Below are positions 14,335 to 27,427 of a stretch of 64,000 nucleotides of DNA, one piece after another. Source of the DNA: Octopus vulgaris (lineage: Eukaryota); NCBI GenBank assembly GCA_951406725.2, contig OX597816.1, positions 102,982,001 through 103,046,000 of the forward strand, given 5' to 3'. Position 1 is the stretch's first letter; each line of letters opens with the position of its first letter. Under the pieces are notes generated by a model. That model did not search any database. It was not told the origin of the DNA and was given only the letters and a program-made list of their open reading frames with translations. Both the position numbers and the translations under genes were made by a program.

Positions 14335-14470
14335 CAAAATGTCACACATTGTGTCACACTGACTCTGCTTGGGAATTATGTTAAAGAAACACGTGTCTGC
14401 AGAATGCTAAGTCACTCACAAGTTAATTCAGGAGCAGATAACTTAAGTGATCGAATAACCAAGTGTTCAT
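14335..14470 (+). mobile_element. Decayed 3' part of SINE C
   Basis: TGTGTCACACTGA..ACACGTGTCTG..GTTAATT aligns to 12148-12250. Confidence 0.65.
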
Positions 14471-14676
14471 CTTTGAACTATTGAGATTCACAATATGCGT
14501 GTATGTCTGTTTGTGAGTGTGTGCATGCGTTTATCAACAAATACATTTGAATATATAAACTGGAGAAAAGCTATTTAGTAAGTAATAATGTAATAGAGTT
14601 TATGTATTCATTTAAATCTCCAGCACTGCTCAGTTTCTCCTCTTCTCCGATCTTTCAAGCAACAAAAACACGTGCT

Positions 14677-14723
<47 letters not shown>

Positions 14724-14827
14724 GTGTGTGTGCACGTGTGTGTATAAACGGTGAAACTCGATGTTAGTGTAGCTATAAATCATATTGTAGATATTGGGTT
14801 TAAAAAAACGCTTGAATAGAAAAGTCA

Positions 14828-15161
14828 AAGGTTGTCTGTGTGACTAGAACCCACATCTTCTGCAAACGTGATGGAAATCCTACCATTGTACCAAAGCAAT
14901 CTTTTGAATTTTTCCATTCGTTTTAGAAGTTTCAATTTTACTAATGAGAATTCTGTTATGGCATAAGAATTTTGAAACTCCGAGAGACATAAAAGACATC
15001 TTTTTTAACGATGGAACTCGGAGTAGGTAAGACTTTAAATTATAGCATATACATTTTGGATTAAAGATAGTCCTTGAATGGAAAGCGTCGAAGGTTACTC
15101 GTGGCACTTGAATCCACCTCTGTAAGCATGAGTGACGCTCTACCATTTTATCAAAGCAATC
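14828..15161 (-). repeat. Two decayed tRNA-like Pol III heads (14828-14901, 15091-15161)
   Basis: Both begin GATTGCTTTG(G/A)TA(C/A)AATGGTAG (A box) and carry B-box-like GGTTCTAGTC / GATTCAAGTG, ending AACCTT. Confidence 0.55.
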
Positions 15162-16414
15162 CTTCGGCTACTCGATAAGAGTTAACTATGGGATTAAACA
15201 GCAACATCAACACAGCCAATCCTGTATAGTATGTACCTCTATAAGCATACAACCATCAATCGCTGAAACGATTCCGAATAATAAAATACCTGTAATGTGA
15301 CTAGCACAAACAGTATTCTGGTCAACGTCTTCAAGGCTTGTGCTCACAAGCTAACGCTTATGCTTCTTTCTATTTATCATATGGTCTGCAAACATACAAC
15401 AGTATGTCCTTTGATGAAAAAAAACTAACACTTCAGACATTTTAAGCTATTGAACTTGATTGCTCTTATCTATAACAAATCCAGTGGTAGCGACAGTAAA
15501 GATTGCCACTTTCCCTTTTCAGTAACAATTTGTATGGTTTCCGCAAAGCCAAGCCTACTAAAGAAATAGAAGAGATCTATTTCGAATCACTGTTGCGTTT
15601 GAAAACTGGAGTGAAACAAAATTGTTGCTACTCGTGACATGTCCACCTAAAAGACACTTGGCAGTAATGTCTGCCTAACAGTCCCAATTGATTTGTGTCG
15701 GAAATTTCCTCCATAGGCCATCTCATTAAAGAACATGTTTGCCGTGTCTTTTCTAGTCTCCATTCTACCAAATTACCACCTGATTCAGTTCTCTCTCATC
15801 TTTGAAGATCTGTCATGGTGATCAAAACTTATACCACACAACCACATAACAGTTACATCACAAAATTATTTTATTAAAATTAACTGAAAATATTACAAAT
15901 ATTGAAGAAACAAATAATAATTCAGTGTTTCATAAACTTTTTGCTCAGTTAGAAGACAATTATAACAATATTATTAACAATGCACTTCAGTTATTAGATA
16001 TTAGATCTAAATGCCAAACAAGGAATTTTTTTTATTACAAACATTAACTGCATTAATTTGTGAATATACTACATAAATCATCACTTCAAAGTATACAATT
16101 ACTTGAAAAGACGCCACTATATGTATGTATGTATATATGTACGTAAGTATGTATGTATGTATGTATGTATGTATGTATGTATGTATGTACGCATGCATGC
16201 ATGTATGTATGTATGTATATATGTATATATATACACACACATACATTTATATATATATATACATATATATATACATATACATACATACATTTATAAATGT
16301 TATATTTATATGAATGTATATACTTATAGAATATGTATTCAATATATATGTGTGGTTGTGTGTGTATTTATATGTATGTATTTGTACAAATATATATATA
16401 TATTTATATATAAA

Positions 16415-17436
16415 CTAGCAGCATAGCCCGGCGTTGCCCGGGTATGTAAGAGCCCCTAGTAGGCAACGACTAATCCCGATCTAGTCCTTTCCCTCTAGGG
16501 AACGAAGGCGCATGTGTAGGTTGCAATGTCTTCTCTTCACTCGAATACTTCTGCGTATACGACGTTCCTATGCCAAGATTATGTTGTCTGGTCATGTTTT
16601 GTCTCGTTGACTGCTTGAAGTGGCGGTGTTGAGGGTAAAGTCTCGAATGTAATTTCTTCCTGGTAGGAATTGGTTCACCAAAACTTAGGTTAGTCTGGAG
16701 GTTTCGATGTAATCTTTGGTTTGTATGTGAGATACCTTGAAGATTAAGTCTAGATTTCCTCCTGTGAGTTGAATTATCGATAGCTGTTTGATAGTAATTT
16801 GGGGGAGTAAGAGAGAAGGTCGAGTTGCGTCCCCTAGACAGTCTGTGGTTTGTGTTTAATACACAAATCGGTTTGCTATGTGTGCCACATATGATTTAAT
16901 TAGCCGATTTTTTCCAGTAAGAAAGTATCCTATTGGAATAAAAAGGGCCATATAGCTCCTTGGAGCAGACATGATGCTCACTGTGAATTTAAAAAAAAAA
17001 TCCTACCAATTTGTTAAAGATATTGTCGAAAATATGTCATCTTGAATTTGAACGTGATTTCCCAAAATGGCATGATTTTATCGATTTTTTTCTGATGGTA
17101 AGGTATTGCATGGAAAACTAACGTCAGAATTAAGTTTCTTAGGGTAACATTAAGCTTCACCGTGAGTTTGGTGAAAATCGATTGCAAGTTGCGAAAACTA
17201 CAACAGAAAATGTATTGCATATGAAAAGCTTAGATTCTCGACCCCATGTCGAATTTATCAATTTTTTTTCAGAACGGGGGGAACTTTTCAAAGTTTTCGC
17301 TGCGTTAGTTTTGAATTATGACATTGGACTATGTGTGTGTCAAGTTTCATCAGAATCGGTTGAAAGCCGTGGTCAGGGTGAGGGTACAACCTGACAGACA
17401 CACAGACAGATAAACTGCCTTTTATATAGAGAGAGA
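16415..17436 (-). mobile_element. Non-autonomous Helitron (~1.0 kb)
   Basis: Minus strand starts A|TCTCTCTCTATATAAAAGG..TCTGTCTGTGTGTCTGTC..CCGATTCTGATGAAACTTG and ends in the GC hairpin CCCGGGCAACGCCGGG followed by CTAG|T. Inserted between A and T without a TSD. Confidence 0.8.
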
Positions 17437-17520
17437 TATATGCATATATAAATATATGTATATATTTGTATATATGTATATACATATATACACACATACA
17501 TACATACATACATACATACA

Positions 17521-17556
<36 letters not shown>

Positions 17557-17602
17557 TACCTACATATATACATACATACATATATGCATACATGCATGCA
17601 TA

Positions 17603-18044
17603 CTCGAAGCGACAGGTCGCGTGTTTGGCGTGGGAAACTTTTTATCGAAAAAACGATGAATACTATCTCCAACTTTGGAGCCACAACTAGCTGCCTTGTT
17701 AACTAACCGGTTAATCTTCAGATGAATTAACTGAGGGAGCCTTTTTCGACTGAAACTTGAATTTAGCATGCAGCGACTTACTACAAACAACATGGCTGGA
17801 CACAACATCAACAACAACTAATCAATCGAGGGACAGAACGAAAACAATAGCTCAACAGGTAAACAAATGTTTTCTAGCAGTAGTTATAGAAGAAACCGTT
17901 AACTACAAAATTCATTTCTCTTGGAGTTATGAATTGAATAATGATCTATTTAACTGCTACGAAAAAGCGAAACAAAACCCCACTGTCGGCTATATGAAAC
18001 GATTGAAATCATATTGGGACGATCTGCATCCAGAATTAAAGCAT
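17603..18044 (+). mobile_element. Probable 5' end (UTR + N-terminal domain) of an R4/Dong-like RLE retrotransposon
   Basis: Translation FSWSYELNNDLFNCYEKAKQNPTVGYMKRLKSYWDDLHP resembles the W..E.N....CY...GY.KR...W N-terminal motif of R4/Dong ORFs (from recall). Starts directly after (CATA)n. Confidence 0.6.
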
Positions 18045-18251
18045 TTACTGGCACTGCAAACACATTGTAAGCCACTGTTTTATTGAATGCAGAGAGTTCT
18101 GAGGTCCAAAATTTATTCGGCTGTAATATTCTTTAGTGACACGTGTTTTGTTACTGGTGCCACTGCGAGATATATTTTCATCCACCCCTAGAAGCCTGTA
18201 ACATTCTTTGTCAGATACAGAGGAAACAGTCAAATCTTTGACGGAGATGCT
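18045..18251 (-). mobile_element. Inverted RT C-terminal fragment of the same RLE group
   Basis: KECYRLLGVDENISRSGTSNKTRVTKEYYSRI/..WTSELSAFNKTVAYNVFAVPV, homologous to 31340-31515 (KECYKYPGIDKNVS..YNVFVVPV). Confidence 0.8.
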
Positions 18252-18496
18252 ACATACATACACACCTACATACATGCATACATACATACATATATACATA
18301 CATACATACATACATACATACATACATACATACATTACACACATACATACATACATACATACATACATACATTTATACATACATACATACATACATACAT
18401 ACATACATACATACATACATACATACATACATACACACACATACATACATACATACATACATACATACATACATACATACATACATACATTATACA

Positions 18497-18530
<34 letters not shown>

Positions 18531-18536
18531 CATACA

Positions 18537-18948
18537 TACCCAGTTGATGTTGAAATTCCAATGAAGGAGCCTTGAATCTAGATTAGAAACCTGTTCTTTC
18601 TCTATTGGTAAGAAATCTTGAAATCAAACTGAATAATGATATACATACATAGCTACCTACCTATCTACCTACCTACATACCTACCTACCTACCTACCTAC
18701 CTACCTACCTACCTACCTACCTATATACATACATACATACATACATACATACATACATACATACATACATACATACATACATACATACATACATACATAC
18801 ATACAAAAACACACAGTTGATGTTGAAATTCCAATGAACGAGCTTTGAGTCTAGGTTAGAAAGCGGCTCTTTCTCTATTGGTAAGAAATCTTGAAATCAA
18901 ACTGCAAAATGGCATACATATACATACATACATACATACATACATACA

Positions 18949-18980
<32 letters not shown>

Positions 18981-19146
18981 CATACATACATACATACATA
19001 CATACATACATACATACATACATACATACATACATACAAAACTACCCAGTTGATGTTAAAGTTCCAATGAAGGAGCCTTGGATCTAACGTTAGAAACAGG
19101 GTTTTTCTGTATTGTTAAGAAATCTTGAAATCAATCTGAATAATGG
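18537..19146 (+). repeat. Three tandem ~100-bp RLE-retrotransposon 3' termini separated by (CATA)n/(CCTA)n
   Basis: Units at 18537-18638, 18805-18912 and 19038-19146 (CAGTTGATGTTGAAATTCCAATGAAGGAGCC..CTGAATAATG). Same sequence as 33051-33159 and the minus-strand tail at 34312-34410. Confidence 0.88.
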
Positions 19147-19953
19147 CATACATACTCACAACCGCATACTCAGAGACATGCTTTAACTCATATACACACT
19201 CAAAAACTCCTAAAGAACACATATACTAATTCGCACAAACACACACATATACATAAAGTACTGTACATCTTAGACAAATTAGTACAACTAGATATTCTTT
19301 TATTACTATTTACAACAGTAATTACTAACCTTATTACTGTAATATACAAAATATTATCGCTCTGCATTACTTTGTCACTTTACCGCCCCTGCATACCGAT
19401 TTATGTAACTTTCCACACCCATCACACAGCACCCTGTTGGGAATTATGTACACATGAGATGCTCATTTCTCTCTCTCTCTCTCTTTCTGTCTCCCTCTCG
19501 CTATCTCTCATTCTCTCTCTTTCTCACCCGCTCTCTCTTTAACTCGTTCTCACTTCACTCCACTCTTCCATTCACTTTCACTCCTGTTTAACTATCTGCA
19601 CTCACACACACACATACACACACATGCACACACACTCACGCACACATACACACACACGTACATAATATACAGACATATACTTGATACATGTGTGTGTTCG
19701 TGTATCTGTTTCTCCCTGACTGAGTTTATATGTGGGAAGATGTCTAAATGTATATATATATAGAGAGAGGGATGTTATGAGAGGTAATGATGTCAATAAG
19801 ACCCAAAGGTGTCAGGTAATGCTGAGTAAGCTGAGTAATGCATAGTTAAGCTCCAGGTTCGGTGATTATGCGAATGAGTCCAACGTAGGTCGTATATCAG
19901 CATGTGTATATATTAAATTTTTTTTTCAGAATGAGATAGAAATCCAAGGCTGT

Positions 19954-20331
19954 GAAAGATTTTAGAACATTTATAAATAGAAGGTCTTACAGCTGTTTCT
20001 GGGATATTTTATATATCCCTTCATCGGAGACGGTGTGAGAAAATGGTTAAGCAATAGTTATTTTAGAAAGATATGAAATAGAGAGTGAAGTGGAGTCACT
20101 TTAAGTAAAACCCTCAATTCAATAACACCGTGTACAAACTCTATACCTGGAATGACCAATCCCAAGGTGCTATTGAATCGAAGGTTTTATTTAAAGTGAC
20201 TCTCCACTTCACTCTCTATTTCATATCTTATCTAAAATAACTTTTGCTTAACCATTTTCTCCGATGAAGGGATATATAGAATATCTCGGAAACAGCTGTA
20301 AGACCTATTTATAAATGTTCTAAAAGCTTTC
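19954..20331. mobile_element. ~380-bp inverted repeat of a Penelope-like terminal module, hammerhead-like motif in each arm
   Basis: Arms 19954-20129 and 20166-20331 are near reverse complements with a ~36-nt spacer. Each contains CCGATGAA-GGGATAT..ATATC(C/T)C-(A/G)GAAAC-AGCT-GTA-AGAC. Confidence 0.75.
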
Positions 20332-20489
20332 TTTTTTTCTTTTTCCTTACATTTCTTTTTCCTACTTTTATTCCACATTTCTGTTCATTATTTACTAAAA
20401 TAGTATTATTCGAACAACTTCTAGTTATATAATTTTAGTTTGTCATGTCTTAGTATACGATGTAAATAGCAAAATAAGTTCATATAAGA

Positions 20490-20594
20490 TAGACCTGAAG
20501 AGTAGCAATATAATCGTTTTAATATGGTATTGAATAGAGACATTCTATTTCAGCAATATCGAGAAATATGTTGTCATGAAACGCGCGTAGTCTA
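20490..20594 (+). ncRNA. Type I minimal hammerhead ribozyme motif with extended stem II
   Basis: TAGAC-CTGAAGA-(~75 nt imperfect hairpin)-GAAAC-GCGC-GTA-GTCTA: 5-bp stem I, canonical cores, palindromic stem III, GUA cleavage triplet. Confidence 0.7.
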
Positions 20595-21091
20595 GATAAT
20601 GTAAAGTATATGATTTGTAATAAGAATTGAAGATATTAATTTTGATAATTTTAATATTTAGTCCTATATCTACATATTGTAGATAATAAGCTGCTTTTCC
20701 AGATAAGCCATCTCTTAGACCCTACTACATGTCTAAACTCAAGGACAGAACTTTTCGGATCATGCCCATATGTGACTAAATTTCTGTTACGTTTTTGGTC
20801 CCCTAAAGAAAACAGATAGAACATGCTTTCTATGTTATGTCCCAAGAAGGTTTTTTTTACCTCATCATACCTTCTATCATATATTTTTTATATATATTTT
20901 ATGTATATTTTTTATATATTTTTTATATATTTTTTATGTATTTTCATATAATTTTTTAGGGCGAAAAATGCGAGTGAAGATGTGTACGTTTACATAGCGA
21001 TGTATAAGTACACAGGCAAGCAGAGTTATAACACAGTAATTTCCCTTTGTATAACGGTATTTTTTCATAGCGATTTCAAATAGCCAGATAA

Positions 21092-21145
21092 CCGAAGAGA
21101 TGACGTTGTGGATTCCCACTTCGGCATCTGAAACTCAGAGTTTCA
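21092..21145 (+). ncRNA. Degenerate hammerhead-like motif (CCGAAGA core variant)
   Basis: CCGAAGA-GATG..GTGG-ATTC-CCAC..CATC-T-GAAAC; stems I and III unclear. Confidence 0.4.
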
Positions 21146-21238
21146 TCTTGACTATCGAGTAATATAACATTATTTTATAGATAAATTTCCTCTATTTACA
21201 TAATATTGAGGTATCTTTCTTTCTTTTGTTATCTTACC

Positions 21239-21310
<72 letters not shown>

Positions 21311-21312
<2 letters not shown>

Positions 21313-21475
21313 CGCAGGAGTGGCTGTGTGGTAAGTAGCTTGCTAACAAACCACATGGTTCCGGGTTCAGTCCCACTGCGTGGCATCTTGGGCAAGTGTC
21401 TTCTGCTATAGCCCCGGGCCGTCCAATACCTTGTGAGTGGATTTGGTAGACGGAAACTGAAAGAGGCCTGTTGTA

Positions 21476-21524
<49 letters not shown>

Positions 21525-21733
21525 TTGTGTGTCTGTGTTTGTCCCCCTAGCATTGCTTGACAACCGATGCTGGTGTGTTTACGTCCCCGTCACTTAGCGG
21601 TTGGGCAAAAAGAGACCGATATAATAAGTACTGGGCTTACAAAGAATAAGTCCCGGGGTCGATTTTCTCGACTAAAGGCGGTGCTCCAGCGTGGCCGCAG
21701 TCAAATGACCGAAACAAGTAAAAGAGTAAAGAG
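21311..21733 (+). mobile_element. SINE family A, full length, in (TA)n
   Basis: A box TGGCTGTGTGG, B box GGTTCAGTCC, CORE-like CTTGGGCAAGTG, internal (TA)n(TG)n, 3' stem-loop and AAAGAGT tail. Confidence 0.92.
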
Positions 21734-22141
21734 TATATATATATATATAAACTTATTCTAACCCATGTACACGTGTGTGCGCGCGCGCGTGTGTGTGTGC
21801 GCGCGCGTGTGTGGGTGCGTGCATACTTGTGTATGCATATGGATTTAACCCCATCCCCCCACACACACATACACACACATGCAGAGAAAGAAAGGAAGGA
21901 GGAGTGTTCTTCTATAATGGCATATTAACTCCATATAAGCGATGATTACTTGAAATTATCTCCCTTCCATTTTCGGAGTCGATTGCAGTGCCCAATAAGT
22001 GCTTGCCTATATTCTATTGAATTGAAGATTAATTGAATAAATCAAGAAATGTCCTTGTACGGTATTTAGTATATCATAGCTTTGTCTTTGTTATCCAAAT
22101 TCATACTTAACTTAATTCTCTCCTATATATACTTCAACACT

Positions 22142-22186
<45 letters not shown>

Positions 22187-22342
22187 AAACATATACATAC
22201 AGATAAACAGACTCAAACACATACGCACACATATGTACATATATATATAGATAGATAGATATATACACGCGTAACTACAAATCAGAATAACTTATATATA
22301 TGTGTGCGCGCTCAAATGCACATACACACACACACTCTCTCA

Positions 22343-22383
<41 letters not shown>

Positions 22384-22459
22384 GTGCATATATATACATA
22401 TACATATATATATATATATATATATAAATATACATATATATGTATGTATATACTTATAA

Positions 22460-22492
<33 letters not shown>

Positions 22493-22546
22493 AATATACA
22501 TATATATATATACTTATAAATATATACATATATATATATGTATATA

Positions 22547-22602
<56 letters not shown>

Positions 22603-22640
22603 CTTATAAATATATACATATATATATGTATATATATATG

Positions 22641-22714
<74 letters not shown>

Positions 22715-22738
22715 CATATATATAAATGTATATATCTA

Positions 22739-22784
<46 letters not shown>

Positions 22785-22991
22785 TATATATATACATATA
22801 TAAGTGTATATATAGATAGATAGATAGATAGATAGATATACAGACATACACATATACATGTATATATATATGTGTGTGTGTGAGTGTGTGTGTATATATA
22901 TACACATATACCCATGTGTATATAAATATGTATATACGTATCTATGTATTCTTACATACACTCACATATATGTGTGTGCATGTGCGTGTGT

Positions 22992-23029
<38 letters not shown>

Positions 23030-23070
23030 ATGTGCATGTGTGTGTGTGTCTGTATTTATATATGTATATA

Positions 23071-23146
23071 CAGGGATGGCTATGAGTCACTTCACTCATT
23101 TCTAATAACAAAAAAGATGTGGGAAAGCGACTTATGGCCATCCCTG
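23071..23146. mobile_element. 76-bp Tc1/mariner-type MITE
   Basis: 22-bp TIRs CAGGGATGGCTATGAGTCACTT and reverse complement CAGGGATGGCCATAAGTCGCTT (3 mismatches), TA on both sides. Confidence 0.8.
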
Positions 23147-23156
23147 TATATAATTA

Positions 23157-23226
<70 letters not shown>

Positions 23227-23320
23227 TGTTATATATATATATATAATATATGTATATTAATATATATGCATATTCATATGTATGTATACGTACATATACA
23301 CTCACACACACACACGCACG

Positions 23321-23354
<34 letters not shown>

Positions 23355-24668
23355 CACACACATACATACAGTGACCTACATAAGCACACCCACATATGTG
23401 TGTGTGATTTAAGAGGAGACAGATCCAGATCAACCCATGGGATACGCATAAGTGTGTGTGTGCGTATGTGTGTGTGTATATATGTATGCACATATATGTT
23501 TGTGTGTGTGTGAGTGTGTGTGTACTGGTGTGTACATACATACATACATACATACACTCGTACATACATACATACATACATACATACATACATACATACA
23601 TACATACATACATACATACATACATACATACATACACTCGTACATACATACATACATACATACATACATACATACATACATACATTCATGCATACATACA
23701 TACATACATACATACATACATACATACATACATACATACATACATACATACATACATACACAGAAGTATGATGATGCAAACTGGAAAAAAAAGAACTCAA
23801 AGTATATTTTTATTCATATTTAGCAGAAGCAACAGAGTGACTCAAGTGATGGATGAATGGATGGATGGATGGATGGATGGATGGATGGATGGATGGATGG
23901 ATGGAGAGATATGGTATGTAGAAGTATACGTGCGATTGTAGCCGTCTAGTATGCCCCAATGCACACACCCACACATGCATATAAAAACACACAAATAAAG
24001 AATAGCAACGGTGCAAAGTTAAGTCGACACCTATAGACACACGCACAAAGCATACATCAACTTAAAAATTCAACACAACTAAACTAGAGTAAGATGGCGA
24101 CCGACAGGCGTTGGTATGCTCAACTTTTCTAGGAGGTGAAAAGAGTGTAATTCCTTTAATGGTAGGCATCAAGTTTTAAAATAGAGACCCTAATACATTA
24201 AACAATAAAGCTCAACCAACGCAAAACCCTTTTCGGGATGGTACGATTAAGTAGAAATAAAAACCATATTTCGTTAAGGCCATGATTAAAGAACGTTAAA
24301 CTATCCACTCCTAAACATCGTAAAACGAAAGGACAAGGTTTTCAGAGTACTAGACATGGGTCGATTGTATTGCCTTGACGTGGGTTAAACAACAGCAATT
24401 ACAATAATTTTATTCATGTAAAAACTCAAAATATTATATCTATATATGCTCATGTATGCGCCTGTGGGTGTGTATGTGTGTGCGTATTATAATATACATG
24501 TGTATGTGCCCACCTATGTGTATGTAAAAATATATATTTGTGCATATAGTGGTGTGTTTGTATGTATACTATTTTTATGTATACGATATAGGAATAGTAT
24601 ATCATATTATATGATGCATGGGTATATAACATAAAAATATAGTGTATATTTTTATCCATAATGATGTA

Positions 24669-24730
<62 letters not shown>

Positions 24731-24808
24731 TAATATAAGTATAACGAGAGAGAGAAAGAGAGTGACAGATAGAGAGAGAGAGATGCATGTATAAATACAC
24801 ACACACAC

Positions 24809-24861
<53 letters not shown>

Positions 24862-24972
24862 TACATACAAACATACAGACATAATATATACATATATACA
24901 TACATACGTACATACATATATACATACATATATATAGATATATACATACATATATATAGATATATACATATC

Positions 24973-25022
<50 letters not shown>

Positions 25023-25507
25023 GATAGATGGGTTGATAGCTACATAGACTAGTACGCACACATGCAGAAACACACCTATAAGTAATATCTCTAGGTATGT
25101 ATGTATGGATATATGTGTGAGTGTGTATGTGTATGCATGCATGTACGCATGTATGCAACCGTCCATGTATGCATATACAGATTTCCAATTTAGTGCTGAT
25201 GCACCATAAGAAGCAAATTCGGTGCTTTTGCACCAGACCTACGTGCACACGTAGTTATATGTACACACACACACACACACAAGAAATGAAAACAATTATG
25301 ATAGACTAACAGACTTGGATAAGAGAAAGAATTTTCCATGGCGATCTTAAAACGAATCAAAATGTAGGAAAGAAGGGAACGAAAATAGAAATGGAAGAAA
25401 AGAAGAACTAATCACTTTGAAATAGAAACAAATCCCTTTTTGCAGATTCAAAGATTAAATAATCTGACAAGTAATTAAATTATTACAAAATAGCAACAAC
25501 TTCTCAT

Positions 25508-25592
<85 letters not shown>

Positions 25593-25756
25593 TGGGTGGA
25601 CACATATTGTCATGTCGGATTTTGTTGAATTCAATATTGAATTCAATATTGTCACACTTCTTATCAGTAACACATATACGTCCGTGCCTTTGTATGTTTG
25701 GATTAGAGAGATAAGATATATATGCATGTATGTATTTGAGTGTGTGTGTGTGTATG

Positions 25757-25797
<41 letters not shown>

Positions 25798-25966
25798 GTG
25801 TTTATACTTACATACATACATGCATACATACATATATAGACACACACACTCACATACATATGTACATGTGCTTATGTGTATGCATATATATACATATATA
25901 TATATATATATTATATATATATTATATATATATATATATGTATATAATATATATATAATATATATA

Positions 25967-26011
<45 letters not shown>

Positions 26012-26220
26012 CATATATATATATGTATATATATAATATATATATATATATGTGTGTGTGTGTATATATACATACATACATACATACATACATACATACA
26101 TACATACATACATACATACATACATACATACATACATACATACATACGTACATACATATGTACATACATGCATGCATGCATGCATACATACATACATATG
26201 TACATACATACATACATACA

Positions 26221-26254
<34 letters not shown>

Positions 26255-26476
26255 CATGCATACATACATTCGTAAATACATTCATTCATACATATATGTG
26301 TTTGTGTGCATACATGTATATACATACATACATACATATATACATGCATACATACATTCGTAAATACATTCATTCATACATATATGTGTTTGTGTGCATA
26401 CATGTATATGCATACATAAAAATGTATATGCATACATATAAGCGTACATGTGTGTATGTATCTGTGTGTATGTATC

Positions 26477-26519
<43 letters not shown>

Positions 26520-26569
26520 TTATATGTGTGTATATATATATGTGTGTGTGTGTATGTGCGTGTGTGTAT

Positions 26570-27000
26570 TTATGTGGCGGGGAGCTTGCTTCCCAGCCGC
26601 ATGGTTCAGGGTTCTGTCCCACGGTGTGGCAACTTGGGCGGCTGTCTTCTACTGTAGCTTCGGGCCGACGAAAGCTTTGTGAGTGGATTTGGTAGACGGA
26701 AACTGAAGGAAGCCCGTTGTATACATATATATATATATTTATATATATATATGTATATATATATATATGTGTGTATGTATATATCTGTGTGTTTGTGTCT
26801 GTTTGTTCCCCTGCCATCGCTTGACAATCGGCGTTGGTGTGTTTACGTCCCAGTAACTGAGCGGTTTGGCTAAGGAGGCCAATAGAATAAATACCAGGCT
26901 TACAAAGAATGAGTCTGGAGGTCGATTTCTTCGACTAAAACGCGTTACTCCAGCATGACCACAGTCAGAATGACTGAAACAAGTTAAAAAATAAAAGAAT
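26570..27000 (+). mobile_element. SINE family A, diverged copy
   Basis: Colinear with 21311-21733. Confidence 0.88.
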
Positions 27001-27035
27001 ACTATGTATACATGTGTGTGTGCGTGTGGGTGTGT

Positions 27036-27090
<55 letters not shown>

Positions 27091-27139
27091 TTCATATATA
27101 AGTACATACGTGCACACTAAAAGTTACTCACACTCTCAA

Positions 27140-27178
<39 letters not shown>

Positions 27179-27392
27179 GTCCCTCTTCCGCTCTCTCACA
27201 CAAACACACAAGGCTGTTGATACACATGTATACCTATATTTATATATAAATGGCCTGAATAAGTATTAAAGTGTGTGTATATCCCAGTGTATACGTGCGT
27301 GCGTACACAACACACATACATAACCATGTTTGACCCACATTCGCATGTATGTTTAGGTATGCATTGTGTATTATGTACATATATATATATAC

Positions 27393-27427
<35 letters not shown>

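Noticed and set aside
18537-19146. CRISPR-like repeat-spacer pattern
   Set aside because: Repeats are ~100 bp and match a retrotransposon terminus, spacers are microsatellite, the DNA is eukaryotic and there are no cas genes.
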